Below are positions 25,901 through 38,700 of a DNA stretch of 64,000 nt, in pieces. The DNA comes from Eledone cirrhosa (taxonomy: Eukaryota), in NCBI GenBank assembly GCA_964016885.1, contig OZ024741.1, positions 407,898,001-407,962,000 on the forward strand, written 5' to 3'. A program made the translations under genes and the position numbers. The notes under the pieces were generated by a model. It was not told where the DNA came from and made no database searches. It saw only the letters and a program-made list of their open reading frames with translations. The stretch's first letter is position 1. Each line of letters begins with the position of its first letter.

Positions 25901-27600
25901 GGTGTTGGTGGTAGTGTTATTACTGGTATTGGTGGTGTTGGTGGTAGTGTTGGTACTGCTGGTGTTGGTGGTAGTGTTGGTACTGCTACTGGTGGTGTTG
26001 GTGGTAGTGTTGGTACTGGTGGTGTAGGTGTTAGTGTTTGTACTGGTGGTGTTGGTGGTAGTGTTGGTACTGTTGGTGTTGATGGTAGTGTTGGTGGTAG
26101 TGTTGATACTAGTGGTGGTGGTGGTAGTGTTGGTACTGGTGGTGTTGGTGGTAGTGTTGGTACTGGTGGTGTTGGTGGTAGTGTTGGTACAGGTGGTATT
26201 GGTGGTAGTGTTGGTACTGGTGGTGTTGGTGGTAGTGTTGGTACTGGTCTTGGTGGTAGTGTTGGTACTGGTGGTGTTGGTGGTACTGTTGTTACTGGTG
26301 GTATGGGTGGTAGTGTTGGTACTGATGGTGGAGGTGGTAGTGTTGGTACTGGTGGTGTTGGTGGTAGTGTTGGTACTGGTGGTGGAGGTGGTAGTGTTGG
26401 TACTGGTGGTGTTGGTGTTAGTGTTTGTACTGGTGGTATTGGTGGTAGAGTTGGTACTGGTGGTGTTGGTGGTAGTGTTGGTACAGGTGGTGTTGTGGTA
26501 GTTTGTACTGGTGGTGTTGGTGGTAGTGTTGGTACTGATGGTGTTGGTGGTAGTGTTGGTACCGGTGGTGTTGGTGATGGTGGTAGTGTTGGTTCTTGAG
26601 GTGTTGGTGGTATTGTTGGTACTGGTGGTAGTGTTGGTACTGGTGGTGTTGGTGGTAGTGTTGGTACTGGTACTGGTGGTGTTGGTGGTAGTGTTGGTAC
26701 TGGTGGTGTTGGTGGTAGTGTTGGTACTGGTGGTGTTGGTGGTAGTGTTGAAACTGGTTGTGTTGGGGTTGGTTGTAGTGTTTGTATTGGTGGTGTTGGT
26801 GGTAGTGTTGGTACTGGTGGTATTGGTGGTAGTGTTGTTATTGGGGATGTTGGTGGTAGTGTTGGTACTGGTGGTGTTGGTGGTAGTGTTGGTACTGGTA
26901 GTGTTGGTGGTAGTGTTAGTACTGGTACTGCTGGTGGTAGTGTTGTTACTGGTACTGGTGGTGTTGGTGGTAGTGTTGGTACTGGTGGTGTTGGTGGTAG
27001 TGTTGTTACTGGTACTGGTGGTGTTGGTGGTAGTGTTGGTACTGGTGGTGTTGGTGGTAGTGTTGCTACTGGTGGTGTTGGTGGTAGTGTTGCTACTGGT
27101 GGTGTTGGTGGTAGTATTGTTACTGGTACTGGTGGTGTTGGTGGTAGTGTTGGTACTGGTGGTTTTGGTGGTAGTGTTGGTACTGCTGGTGTTGGTGGTA
27201 GTGTTGGTACTGGTACTGGTGGTGTTGGTGGTAGTGTTGGTACTGGTGGTGTTGGTGGTAGTGTTGGTACTGGTGGTGTTGGTGGTAGTGATGGTACTGG
27301 TGGTGGAGGTGGTAGTGTTGGTACTGGTGGTGTTGGTGGTAGTGTTGGTACTGGTGGTATTGGTGGTAGTGTTGTTACCGGTGGTGTTGGTGTTAGATGG
27401 TATTGGTACTGGTGGTGTTGGTGGTAGTGTTGGTACAGGTGGTGTTGGTGGTAGTTGGTACTGGTGGTGTTGGTGGTAGTGTTGGTACTGATGGTGTTGG
27501 TGGTAGTGTTGGTACTGGTGGTGTTGGTGGTAGTGTTTATAGTGGTGGTATTGGTGGTAGTGTTGGTACTTGTGGTGTTGGTGGTAGTGTTGGTACTGGT
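22970..27600 (+). repeat. Cluster of reshuffled 0.6-2.7 kb duplications
   Basis: Markers: GTTAGATGGTATT (AGA at 23927, 25438, 27395), AGCGTTGGTACTGATTGT (23117, 25817; offset 2700), GGTATGGGT (about 23672, 24583, 25183, 26300), TCTTGAGGT (about 24079, 26594) and GATACTAGT (about 23474, 24439, 24790, 26105). Confidence 0.8.
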
Positions 27601-29769
27601 GGTAGTGTTGGTACTGGTGGTGTTGGTGGTAGTGTTGGAATTGGTTGTGTTGGGGTTGGTGGTTGTGTTTGTATTGGTGGTGTTGGTGATAGTGTTGGTA
27701 CTGGTGGCGTTGGTTAAACTGTTGTTACTGGTGGTGTTGGTGGTAGTGTTGGTACTGGTGGTGTTGGTGGAAGTGTTGGTACTGGTGGTGTTGGTGATAC
27801 TGTTGGTACTGGTACTGGTCGTGTTGGTGGTAGTGTTGGTACTGGTGGCGTTGGTTAAACTGTTGTTACTGGTGGTGTTGGTGGTAGTGTTGGTACTGGT
27901 GGTGTTGGTGGTAGTGTTGGAAATGGTTGTGTTGGGGTTGGTGGTAGTGTTTGTATTGGTGGTGTTGGTGGTAGTGTTGGTACTGGTGGTGTTGGTGGTA
28001 GTGTTGTTATTGGGGTGTTGGTGGTAGTGTTGGTACTGGTGGTGTTGGTGGTAGTGTTGTTATTGGGGGTGTTGGTGCTAGTGTTGGTACTGGTAGTGTT
28101 GGTGGTAGTGTTGGTACTGGTGGTGTTGGTGGTAGTGTTGGTACTGGTAGTGTTGGTGGTAGTGTTGGTACTGGTGGTGTTGGTGGTAGTGTTGGTACTG
28201 GTAGTGTTGGTGGTAGTGTTGGTACTGGTAGTGTTGGTGGTAGTGTTGGTACTGGTGGTGTTGGTGGTAGTGTTGTTATTGGGGGTGTTGGTGGTAGTGT
28301 TGGTACTGGTGGTGTTGGTGGTAGTGTTGGTACTGGTAGTGTTGGTGGTAGTGTTGGTACTGGTGGTGTTGGTGGTAGTGTTGTTATTGGGGGTGTTGGT
28401 GGTAGTGTTGGTGCTGGTGCTGTTGGTGGTAGTGTTGTTATTGGGGGTGTTGGTGGTAGTGTTGGTACTGGTGGTGTTGGTGGTAGTGTTGGTACTGGTG
28501 GTGTTGGTGGTAGTGTTGGTACTGGTGGTGTTGGTGGTAGTGTTGGTACTGGTAGTGTTGGTGGTAGTGTTGGTACTGGTAGTGTTGGTGGTAGTGTTGG
28601 TACTGGTGGTGTAGGTGGTAGTGTTGGTACTGGTAGTGTTGGTGGTAGTGTTGGTACTGGTGGTGTTGGTGGTAGAGTTGGTACTGGTGGTGTTGGTGGT
28701 CGTGTTGTTACTGGTGGTGTTGGTGGTAGTGTTGGTACTGGTACCGGTGGTGTTGGTGGTAGTGTTGGTACTGGTGGTGTTGGTGGTAGTGTTGTTACTG
28801 GTAGTGTTGGTAGCAGTGTTGGTACTGGTAGTGTAGGTGGTAGTGTTGGTACTGGTGGTGTTGGTGGTATTGTTGGTACTGGCGGTGTTCGTGGTAGTGT
28901 TGGTACTGGTGGTGTTGGTGGTAGTGTTGCTACTGGTGGTGTTGGTGGTAGTGTTGTTACTGGTAGTGTTGGTAGCAGTGTTGGTACTAGTGGTGTTGGT
29001 GGTATTGTTGGTACTGGCGGTGTTCGTGGTAGTGTTGGTACTGGTGGTGTTGGTGGTAGTGTTGGAACTGGTGGTGTTGGTGGTAGTGATGGTACTGGTG
29101 GTGTTGATGGTAGTGTTAGTACTGGTGGTGTTTGTGGTAGTGTTGGTACTGGTGGTGTTGGTGGTAGTGTAGTGGTAGTGTTGGTACTGATGGTGGTGGT
29201 GGTAGTGTTGGTACTGGTGGTGGTGGTGGTAGTGTTGGTACTGGTAGTGTTGGTGGTAGTGTTGGTACTGGTGGTATTGGTGGTAGTGTTGGTACTGGTG
29301 GTGTTGGTGGCAGTGTTGGTACTGATGGTGTTGGTGGTAATGTTGGTACTGGTACTGGTGGTGTTGGTACTGGTGGTGTTGCTGGTAGTGTTGGTACTGC
29401 TGGTGTTGGTGGTAGTGTTGGTACTGGTACTGGTGGTGTTGGTGGTAGTGTTGGTACTGGTGGTGTTGGTGGTAGTGTTGGTACTGCTGGTGTTGGTGGC
29501 AGTGTTGGTACTGGTACTGGTGGTGTTGGTGGTAGTGTTGTTACTGGTGGTGTTGGTGGTAGTGTTGGTACTGTTGGTGTTGGTGGTAGTGTTGGTACTG
29601 GTGGTGTTGGTGGTAGTGTTGTTACTCGTGGTGTCGGTGGTAGTGTTGGTACTGTTGGTGTTGGTGTTGGTGGTAGTGTTTATACTGCTGGTGTTGGTGG
29701 TAGTGTTGGCAATGGTGGTGTTGGTAGTAGTGTTGGTACTGGTGGTGTTGGTGGTATTGTTGGTACTGG

Positions 29770-32700
29770 TGGTGTTGGTGGTAGTGTTGGTACTGGGGGT
29801 GTTGGTTGTAATGTTAGTACTGGTGGTGTTGGTGGTAGTGTTGGTACTGGTGGTATTGGTGGTAGTGTTGGTACTGGTGGTGTTGGTGGTAGTGTTGGTA
29901 CTGGTGGTGTTGGTGGTAGTGTTGGTACTGGTGGTGTTGGTGGTAGTATTGGTACTGGTGGTGTTGGTGGTAGTGTTGGTACTGGTGGCGTTGGTGTTGG
30001 TGGTAGTGTTAATACTGGTGGTGTTGGTGGTAGTATTGGTACTGGTGGTGTTGGTGGTAGTGTTGGTACTGGTGGTGTTGGTAGTAGTGTTGGTACTGCT
30101 GGTGTTGGTGGTAGTGTTGGCAATGGTGGTGTTGGTAGTAGTGTTGGTACTGGTGGTGTTGGAGGTAGTGTTGGTACTGGTGGTGGTGGTGGTAGTGTTG
30201 GTACTGGTGGTGTTGGTAGTAGTGTTGGTACTGCTGGTGTTGGTGGTAGTGTTGGTACTGGTGGTGTTGGTGGTAGTGTTGGTACTGGTGGTGTTGGTGG
30301 TAGTGTTGGTACTGGTGGTGTTGGTGGTAGTGTTGGAACTGGTGGTGTTGGGGTTGGTGGTAGTGATTGTATTGGTGGTGTTGGTGGTAGTGTTGGTACT
30401 GGTGGTGTTGGTGGTAGTGTTGTTACTGGTGGTGTTGGTGGTAGTGTTGGTAGCGGTGGTGTTGGTGGTAGTGTTGGTACTGGTGGTGTTGGTCATAGTG
30501 TTGGTACTGGTACTGGTGGTGTTGGTGGTAGTGTTGGTACTGGTGGCGTTGGTTATAGTGTTGTTACTGGTGGTGTTGGTGGTAGTGTTGGTACTGGTGG
30601 TGTTGGTGGTAGTATTGGTACTGGTGGTGTTGGTGGTAGTGTTGGTACTGGTATTGGTTGTTTTGGTGGTGGTGTTGGTGGTTGTGTTGTTAATGGTGGT
30701 GTTGGTGGTAGTGTTGGTACTGGTGGTGTTGGTGGTAGTGTTGGTACTGGTGGTGTTGGTGGTAGTGTTGGTACTGGTGGTGCTGGTGGTAGTGTTGTTA
30801 CTTGTGGTGTGGTTGGTAGTGTTTTTACTGGTGGTGTTGGTGGTAGTGTTGTTACTGGTGGTGTTGGTGGTAGTGTTGGTACTGTTGGTGTTGGTGTTGG
30901 TGGTAGTGTTTATACTGGTGGTGTTGGTGGTAGTTTTGGTACTGGTGGTGTTGGTGGTAGTGTTGGTACTGGTGGTGTTGGTGGTAGTGTTGGTACTGGT
31001 GGTGGTGGTGGTAGAGTTGGTACGGGTGATTTTGGTGGTAGTGTTTATACCGGTGGTATTTTTGGTAGTGTTTATACTGGTGGTGTTGGTGGTAGTGTTG
31101 GAACTGGTACTGGTGGTTTTGGTGGTAGTGTTGGTACTGGTGGTGTTGGTGGTATTATTGGTACTGGTGGTGTTGGTGGTAGTGTTGGAACTGGTACTGG
31201 TGGTTTTGGTGGTAGTGTTGATACTGGTGGTGTTGGTGGTAGTGTTGGTACTGGTGGTGTTGGTGGTAGTGTTGATACTGGTGGTGTTGGTGGTAGTGTT
31301 GGTACTGGTGGTGTTGGTGGTATTATTGGTACTGGTGGTGTTGGTGGTAGTGTTGGAACTGGTACTGGTGGTTTTGGTGGTAGTGTTGATACTGGTGGTG
31401 TTGGTGGTAGTGTTGGTACTGGTGGTGTTGGTGGTAGTGTTGATACTGGTGGTGTTGGTGGTAGTGTTGGTACTGGTGGTGTCGGTGGTAGTGTTGGTAC
31501 TGGTGGTGTTGGTGGTAGTGTTGGTACTGGTGGTGTTGGTGGTAATGTTGGTACTGGTGGTGTTGGTGGTAGTGTTGATACTGGTGGTGTTGGTGGTAGT
31601 GTTGATACTGGTGGTGTTGGTGGTAGTGTTGGTACTGGTGGTGTTGCTGGTAGTGTTGGTACTGGTGGTGTTGGTGGTAGTGTTGGTACTGGTGGTGTTG
31701 GTGGTAGTGTTGGAACTGGTACTGGTGGTTTTGGTGGTAGTGTTGGTAATGGTGGTGTTGGTGGTAATGTTGGTACTGGTAGTGTTGGTGGTAGTGTTGG
31801 TACTGGTTGTGGTGGTGATGGTACTGGTGGTGGTGGTGGTAGTGTTGGTACTGGTAGTGTTGGTGGTAGTGAGGGTACTGGTGGTATTGGTGGTAGTGTT
31901 GGTACTGGTACTGGTGGTGTTGGTGGTAGTGTTGGTACTGGTGGTGGTGGTGGTATTGTTGGCACTGGTACTGGTGGTGGTGGTGGTAGTGTTGGTACTG
32001 GTGGTGTTGGTGGTAGTGTTGGTAGTGGTAGTGTTGGTGGTACTGTTGGTACTGGTGGTGTTAGTGGTAGTGTTGGTACTGGTGGTGTTGGTGGTAGTGT
32101 TCGTACTGGTACTGGTGCTGTTGGTGGTAGTATTGGTACTGGTGGTGTTGGTGGTAGTGTTGGTACTGGTATTGGTTGTTTTGGTGGTAGTGTTGGTACT
32201 GGTGGTGTTGGTGGTAGTGTTGGTACTGTTGGTGTTGGTGTTGGTGGTAGTGTTTATACTGGTGGTGTTGGTGGTAGTTTTGGTACTGGTGGTGTTGGTG
32301 GTAGTGTTGGTACTGGTGGTGTTGGTGGTAGTGTTGGTACTGGTGGTGGTGGTGGTAGAGTTGGTACGGGTGGTTTTGGTGGTAGTGTTGGTACTGGTGG
32401 TGTTGGTGGTAGTGTTTATACTGGTGGTATTTTTGGTAGTGTTGATACTGGTGGTGTTGGTGGTAGTGTTGGTACTGGTGGTATTGGTGGTAGTGTTGGT
32501 ACTGGTGGTGTTGGTGGTAGTGTTGGTACTGGTGGTGTTGGTTGTAGTGTTGGAACTGGTACTGGTGGTTTTGGTGGTAGTGTTGGTACTGGTGGTGTTG
32601 GTGGTAATGTTGGTAATGGTAGTGTTGGTGGTAGTGTTGGTACTGGTTGTGGTGGTGATGGTAATGGTGGTGGTGGTGGTAGTGTTGGTACTGGTACTGG

Positions 32701-35700
32701 TGGTGTTGGTGGTAATGTTGGTACTGGTGTTGTTGGTGGTATTATTGGTACTGGTGGTGTTGGTGGTAGTGTTGGTACTGGTGGTGTTGGTGGTAGTGTT
32801 GGTACTGGTGGTGTTGGTGGTAGTGTTGGTACTGGTGGTGTTGGTGGTAGTGTTGGAACTGGTACTGGTGGTTTTGGTGGTAGTGTTGGTACTGGTGGTG
32901 TTGGTGGTAATGTTGGTACTGGTAGTGTTGGTGGTAGTGTTGGTACTGGTTGTGGTGGTGATGGTACTGGTGGTGGTGGTGGTAGTGTTGGAACTGGTAC
33001 TGGTGGTGTTGGTGGTAATGTTGGTACTGGTGTTGTTGGTGGTATTATTGGTACTGGTGGTGTTGGAGGTAGTGTTGGTACTGGTGGTGTTGGTGGTAGT
33101 GTTGGTACTGGTTGTGGTGGTGATGGTACTGGTGGTGGTGGTGGTAGTGTTGGTACTGGTAGTATTGGTGGTAGTGAGGGTACTGGTGGTGTTGGCGGTA
33201 GTGTTGGTACTGGTGGTGGTGGTGGTATTGTTGGCACTGGTACTGGTGGTGGTGGTGGTAGTGTTGGTACTGGTGGTGTTGGTGGTAGTGTTGGTAGTGG
33301 TAGTGTTGGTGGTACTGTTGGTACTGGTGGTGTTAGTGGTAGTGTTGGTACTGGTGGTGTTGGTGGTAGTGTTGTTACTGGTGGTATTGGTGGTAGTGTT
33401 TGTACTGATGGTGGAGGTGGTAGTGTTGGTACTGGTGGTGTTGGTGGTAGTGTTGGTACTGGTGGTGGTGGTGGTAGTGTTGGTACTGGTGGTGTTGCTG
33501 GTAGTGTTGGTACTGGTGGTGTTGGTGGTAGTGTTGGTACTGGTACTGGTGGTGTTGGTGGTAGTGTTGGTACTGGTGGTGTTGGTGGTAGTGTTGGTAC
33601 TGCTGGTGTTGGTGGTAGTGTTGGTACTGGTGGTGTTGGTGGTAGTGTTGGTACTGGTGGTGTTGGTGGTAGTGTTGTTACTGGTGGTATTGGTGGTAGT
33701 GTTGGTACTGATGGTGCAGGTGGTAGTGTTGGTACTGGTGGTGTTGGTGATAGTTTTGGTACTGGTGGTGTTGGTGGTAGTGTTGGTACTGGTGGTGTTG
33801 GTGGTAGTGTTGGTACTGGTGGTGTTGGTGGTAGTGTTGTTACTAGTGGTGTTGGTGGTAGTGTTGGCACTGCTGGTGTTGGTGGTAGTGTTTGTACTGG
33901 TGGTGTTGGTGGTAGTGTTGGTACTGGTGGTGTTGGTGGTAGTGTTGTTACTGGTGGTATTGGTGGTAGTGTTGGTATTGATGGTGGAGGTGGTAGTGTT
34001 GGTACTGGTGGTGTTGGTGGTAGTGTTGGTACTGGTGGTGTTGGTGGTAGTGTTGGTGGTAGTGTTGGTACTGCTGGTGTAGGTGGTAGTGTTGGTACTG
34101 GCGGTGTTGGTGATAGTGTTGGTACTGCTGGTGTTGGTGGTAGTGTTGGTACTGGTGGTGTTGGTGGTAGTGTTGGCACTGGTAGTGTTGGTGGTAGTGT
34201 TGGTACTGGTGGTGTTGGTGGTAGTGTCGGTACTGGTACTGGTGGTGTTGGTGGTAGTGTTGGTACTGGTGGTGTTGGCGTTGGTGGTATTGTTGTTACT
34301 GGTGGTGTTGGTGGTAGTGTTGGTACTGGTGGTGTTGGCGCTGGTGGTAGTGTTGTTACTGGTGGTGTTGGTGGTAGTGTTGGTACTGGTGGTGTTGGTG
34401 GTAGTGTTGCTACTGGTGGTGTGGGGGTAGTGTTGTTACTGGTAGTATTGGTGGTAGTGTTGGTACTGATGGTGGAGGTGGTAGTGTTGATACTGGTGGC
34501 GTTGGTGTTGGTGGGAGTGTTTATACTGGTGGTGTTGGTGGTAGTGTTGGTACTGGTGGTGTTGGTGGTAGTGTTGGTACTGGTGGTGTTGGTGGTAGTG
34601 TTGGTACTGGTGGTGTTGGTGGTAGTGTTGGTACTGGTACTGGTGGTGTTGGTGGTAGTGTTGGTACTGGTGTTGTTGGTGGTAGTGTTGTTACTGGTGG
34701 TGTTGGTGGTAGTGTTGTTACTGGTGGTGTTGGTGGTAGTGTTGGTACTGGTGGTATTGGTGGTAGTGTTGGTACTGATGGTGCAGGTGGTAGAGTTGGT
34801 ACTGGTGGTGTTGGTGATAGTTTTGGTACTGATGGTGTTGGTGGTAGTGTTGGTACTGGTGGTGTTGGTGGTAGTGTTGGTACTGGTGGTGTTGGTGGTA
34901 ATGTTGTTACTGGTGGTGTTGGTGGTAGTGTTGGTACTGCTGGTGTTGATGGTAGTGTTTGTACTGGTGGTGTTGGTGGTAGTGTTGTTACTGGTGGTAT
35001 TGGTGGTAGTGTTGGTACTGATGGTGGAGGTGGTAGTGTTGGTACTGGTGGTGTTGGTGGTAGTGTTGGTACTGGTGGTGTTGGTGGTAGTGTTGGTACT
35101 GGTGGTGTTGGTGGTAGTGTTGGTACTGGTGGTGTTGGTGGTCGTGTTGGTACTGGTGGTGTTGGTGGTAGTGTTGGTACTGCTGGTGTTGGTGGTAGTG
35201 TTGGTACTGGCGGTGTTGGTGATAGTGTTGGTACTGCTGGTGTTGGTGGTAGTGTTGGTACTGGTGGTGTTGGTGATAGATTTGGTACTGGTGGTGTTGG
35301 TGGTAGTGTTGGTACTGGTGGTGTTGGTGGTAGTGTTGGTACTGGTGGTGTTGGTGGTAGTGTTGTTACTGGTGGTGTTGGTGGTAGTGTTGGTACTGGT
35401 GGTGTTGGTGGTAGTGTTGGTACTGGTGGTGTTGGTGGTAGTTTTTGTACTGGTGGTGTTGGTGGTAGTGTTGGTACTGCTGGTGTAGGTGGTAGTCTTG
35501 GTACTGGCGGTGTTGGTGATAGTGATGGTACTGCTGGTGTTGGTGGTAGTGTTGGTACTGGTGGTGTTGGTGGTAGTGTTGGCACTGGTGGTGTTGGTAG
35601 TAGTGTTGGTACTGGTGGTGTTGGTGGTATTGTTGGTACTGGTGGTGTTGGTGGTAGTGTTGGTACTGGTACTGATGGTGTTGGTGGTAGTGTTGGTACT

Positions 35701-38700
35701 GGTGGTGTTGGCGTTGGTGGCATTGTTGTTACTGGTGGCGCTGGTGGTAGTGTTGGTACTGGTGGTGTTGGTGGTAGTGTTGGTACTGGTGGTATTGGTG
35801 GTAGTGTTGTTACTAGTGGTGTGGGGGTAGTGTTGTTACTGGTAGTATTGGTGGTAGTGTTGGTACTGATGGTGGAGGTGGTAGTGTTGGTACTGGTACT
35901 GGTGGTGTTGGTGGTAGTGTTGGTACTGGTGGTGTTGGTGGTAGTGTTGGTACTGGTGGTGTTGGTGGTAGTGTTGGTACTGGTGGTGTTGGTGGTAGTG
36001 TTTGTACTGGTGGTGTTGGTGGTAGTGTTGGTACTGGTACTGGTGGTGTTGGTGGTAGTGTTGGTACTGGTGTTGTTGGTGGTAGTGTTGTTACTGGTGG
36101 AGTTGGTGGTAGTGTTGGTACTGGTGGTGTTGGTGGTAGTGTTGGTACTGGTGGTATTGGTGGTAGTGTTGGTACTGGTGGTGTTGGTGGTAGTGTTGGT
36201 ACTGGGGGTGTTGGTTGTAATGTTAGTACTGGTGGTGTTGGTGGTAGTGTTGGTACTGGTGGTATTGGTGGTAGTGTTGGTACTGGTGGTGTTGGTGGTA
36301 GTGTTGGTACTGGTGGTGTTGGTGGTAGTGTTGGTACTGGTGGTGTTGGTGGTAGTATTGGTACTGGTGGTGTTGGTGGTAGTGTTGGTACTGGTGGCGT
36401 TGGTGTTGGTGGTAGTGTTAATACTGGTGGTGTTGGTGGTAGTGTTGGTACTGGTGGTGTTGGTGGTAGTGTTGGTACTGGTGGTGTTGGTAGTAGTGTT
36501 GGTACTGCTGGTGTTGGTGGTAGTGTTGGCAATGGTGGTGTTGGTAGTAGTGTTGGTACTGGTGGTGTTGGTGGTAGTGTTGGTACTGGTGGTGGTGGTG
36601 GTAGTGTTGGTACTGGTGGTGTTGGTAGTAGTGTTGGTACTGCTGGTGTTGGTGGTAGTGTTGGTACTGGTGGTGTTGGTGGTAGTGTTGGTACTGGTGG
36701 TGTTGGTGGTAGTGTTGGTACTGGTGGTGTTGGTGGTAGTGTTGGAACTGGTGGTGTTGGGGTTGGTGGTAGTGATTGTATTGGTGGTGTTGGTGGTAGT
36801 GTTGGTACTGGTGGTGTTGGTGGTAGTGTTGTTACTGGTGGTGTTGGTGGTAGTGTTGGTAGCGGTGGTGTTGGTGGTAGTGTTGGTACTGGTGGTGTTG
36901 GTGATAGTGTTGGTACTGGTACTGGTGGTGTTGGTGGTAGTGTTGGTACTGGTGGCGTTGGTTATAGTGTTGTTACTGGTGGTGTTGGTGGTAGTGTTGG
37001 TACTGGTGGTGTTGGTGGTAGTATTGGTACTGGTGGTGTTGGTGGTAGTGTTGGTACTGGTATTGGTTGTTTTGGTGGTAGTGTTGGTACTGGTGGTGTT
37101 GGTGGTTGTGTTGTTAATGGTGGTGTTGGTGGTAGTGTTGGTACTGGTGGTGTTGGTGGTAGTGTTGGTACTGGTGGTGTTGGTGGTAGTGTTGGTACTG
37201 GTGGTGCTGGTGGTAGTGTTGTTACTTGTGGTGTGGTTGGTAGTGTTTTTACTGGTGGTGTTGGTGGTAGTGTTGTTACTGGTGGTGTTGGTGGTAGTGT
37301 TGGTACTGTTGGTGTTGGTGTTGGTGGTAGTGTTTATACTGGTGGTGTTGGTGGTAGTTTTGGTACTGGTGGTGTTGGTGGTAGTGTTGGTACTGGTGGT
37401 GTTGGTGGTAGTGTTGGTACTGGTGGTGGTGGTGGTAGAGTTGGTACGGGTGGTTTTGGTGGTAGTGTTTATACCGGTGGTATTTTTGGTAGTGTTTATA
37501 CTGGTGGTGTTGGTGGTAGTGTTGGTACTGGTGGTTTTGGTGGTAGTGTTGGTACTGGTGGTGTTGGTGGTAATGTTGGTACTGGTGGTGTTGGTGGTAT
37601 TATTGGTACTGGTGGTGTTGGTGGTAGTGTTGGAACTGGTACTGGTGGTTTTGGTGGTAGTGTTGGTACTGGTGGTGTTGGTGGTAATGTTGGTACTGGT
37701 GGTGTTGGTGGTAGTGTTGGTACTGGTGGTGTTGGTGGTAGTGTTGATACTGGTGGTGTTGGTGGTAGTGTTGGTACTGGTGGTGTTGGTGGTAGTGTTG
37801 ATACTGGTGGTGTTGGTGGTAGTGTTGGTACTGGTGGTGTTGGTGGTAGTGTTGGTACTGGTGGTGTTGGTGGTAGTGTTGGTACTGGTGGTGTTGGTGG
37901 TAATGTTGGTACTGGTGGTGTTGGTGGTAGTGTTGATACTGGTGGTGTTGGTGGTAGTGTTGATACTGGTGGTGTTGGTGGTAGTGTTGGTATTGGTGGT
38001 GTTGCTGGTAGTGTTGGTACTGGTGGTGTTGGTGGTAGTGTTGGTACTGGTGGTGTTGGTGGTAGTGTTGGAACTGGTACTGGTGGTTTTGGTGGTAGTG
38101 TTGGTAATGGTGGTGTTGGTGGTAATGTTGGTACTGGTAGTGTTGGTGGTAGTGTTGGTACTGGTTGTGGTGGTGATGGTACTGGTGGTGGTGGTGGTAG
38201 TGTTGGTACTGGTAGTGTTGGTGGTAGTGAGGGTACTGGTGGTATTGGTGGTAGTGTTGGTACTGGTACTGGTGGTGTTGGTGGTAGTGTTGGTACTGGT
38301 GGTGGTGGTGGTATTGTTGGCACTGGTACTGGTGGTGGTGGTGGTAGTGTTGGTACTGGTGGTGTTGGTGGTAGTGTTGGTAGTGGTAGTGTTGGTGGTA
38401 CTGTTGGTACTGGTGGTGTTAGTGGTAGTGTTGGTACTGGTGGTGTTGGTGGTAGTGTTGGTACTGGTACTGGTGCTGTTGGTGGTAGTATTGGTACTGG
38501 TGGTGTTGGTGGTAGTGTTGGTACTGGTATTGGTTGTTTTGGTGGTAGTGTTGGTACTGGTGGTGTTGGTGGTAGTGTTGGTACTGTTGGTGTTGGTGTT
38601 GGTGGTAGTGTTTATACTGGTGGTGTTGGTGGTAGTTTTGGTACTGGTGGTGTTGGTGGTAGTGTTGGTACTGGTGGTGTTGGTGGTAGTGTTGGTACTG

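Noticed and set aside
28009-28450. GTTATTGGGGGT variants spaced 216, 108 and 54 bp apart (8, 4, 2 monomers; ATT at 28062, 28278, 28386, 28440)
   Set aside because: The halving series is real but has only three intervals, each necessarily a multiple of 27. Ordinary local duplication explains it.
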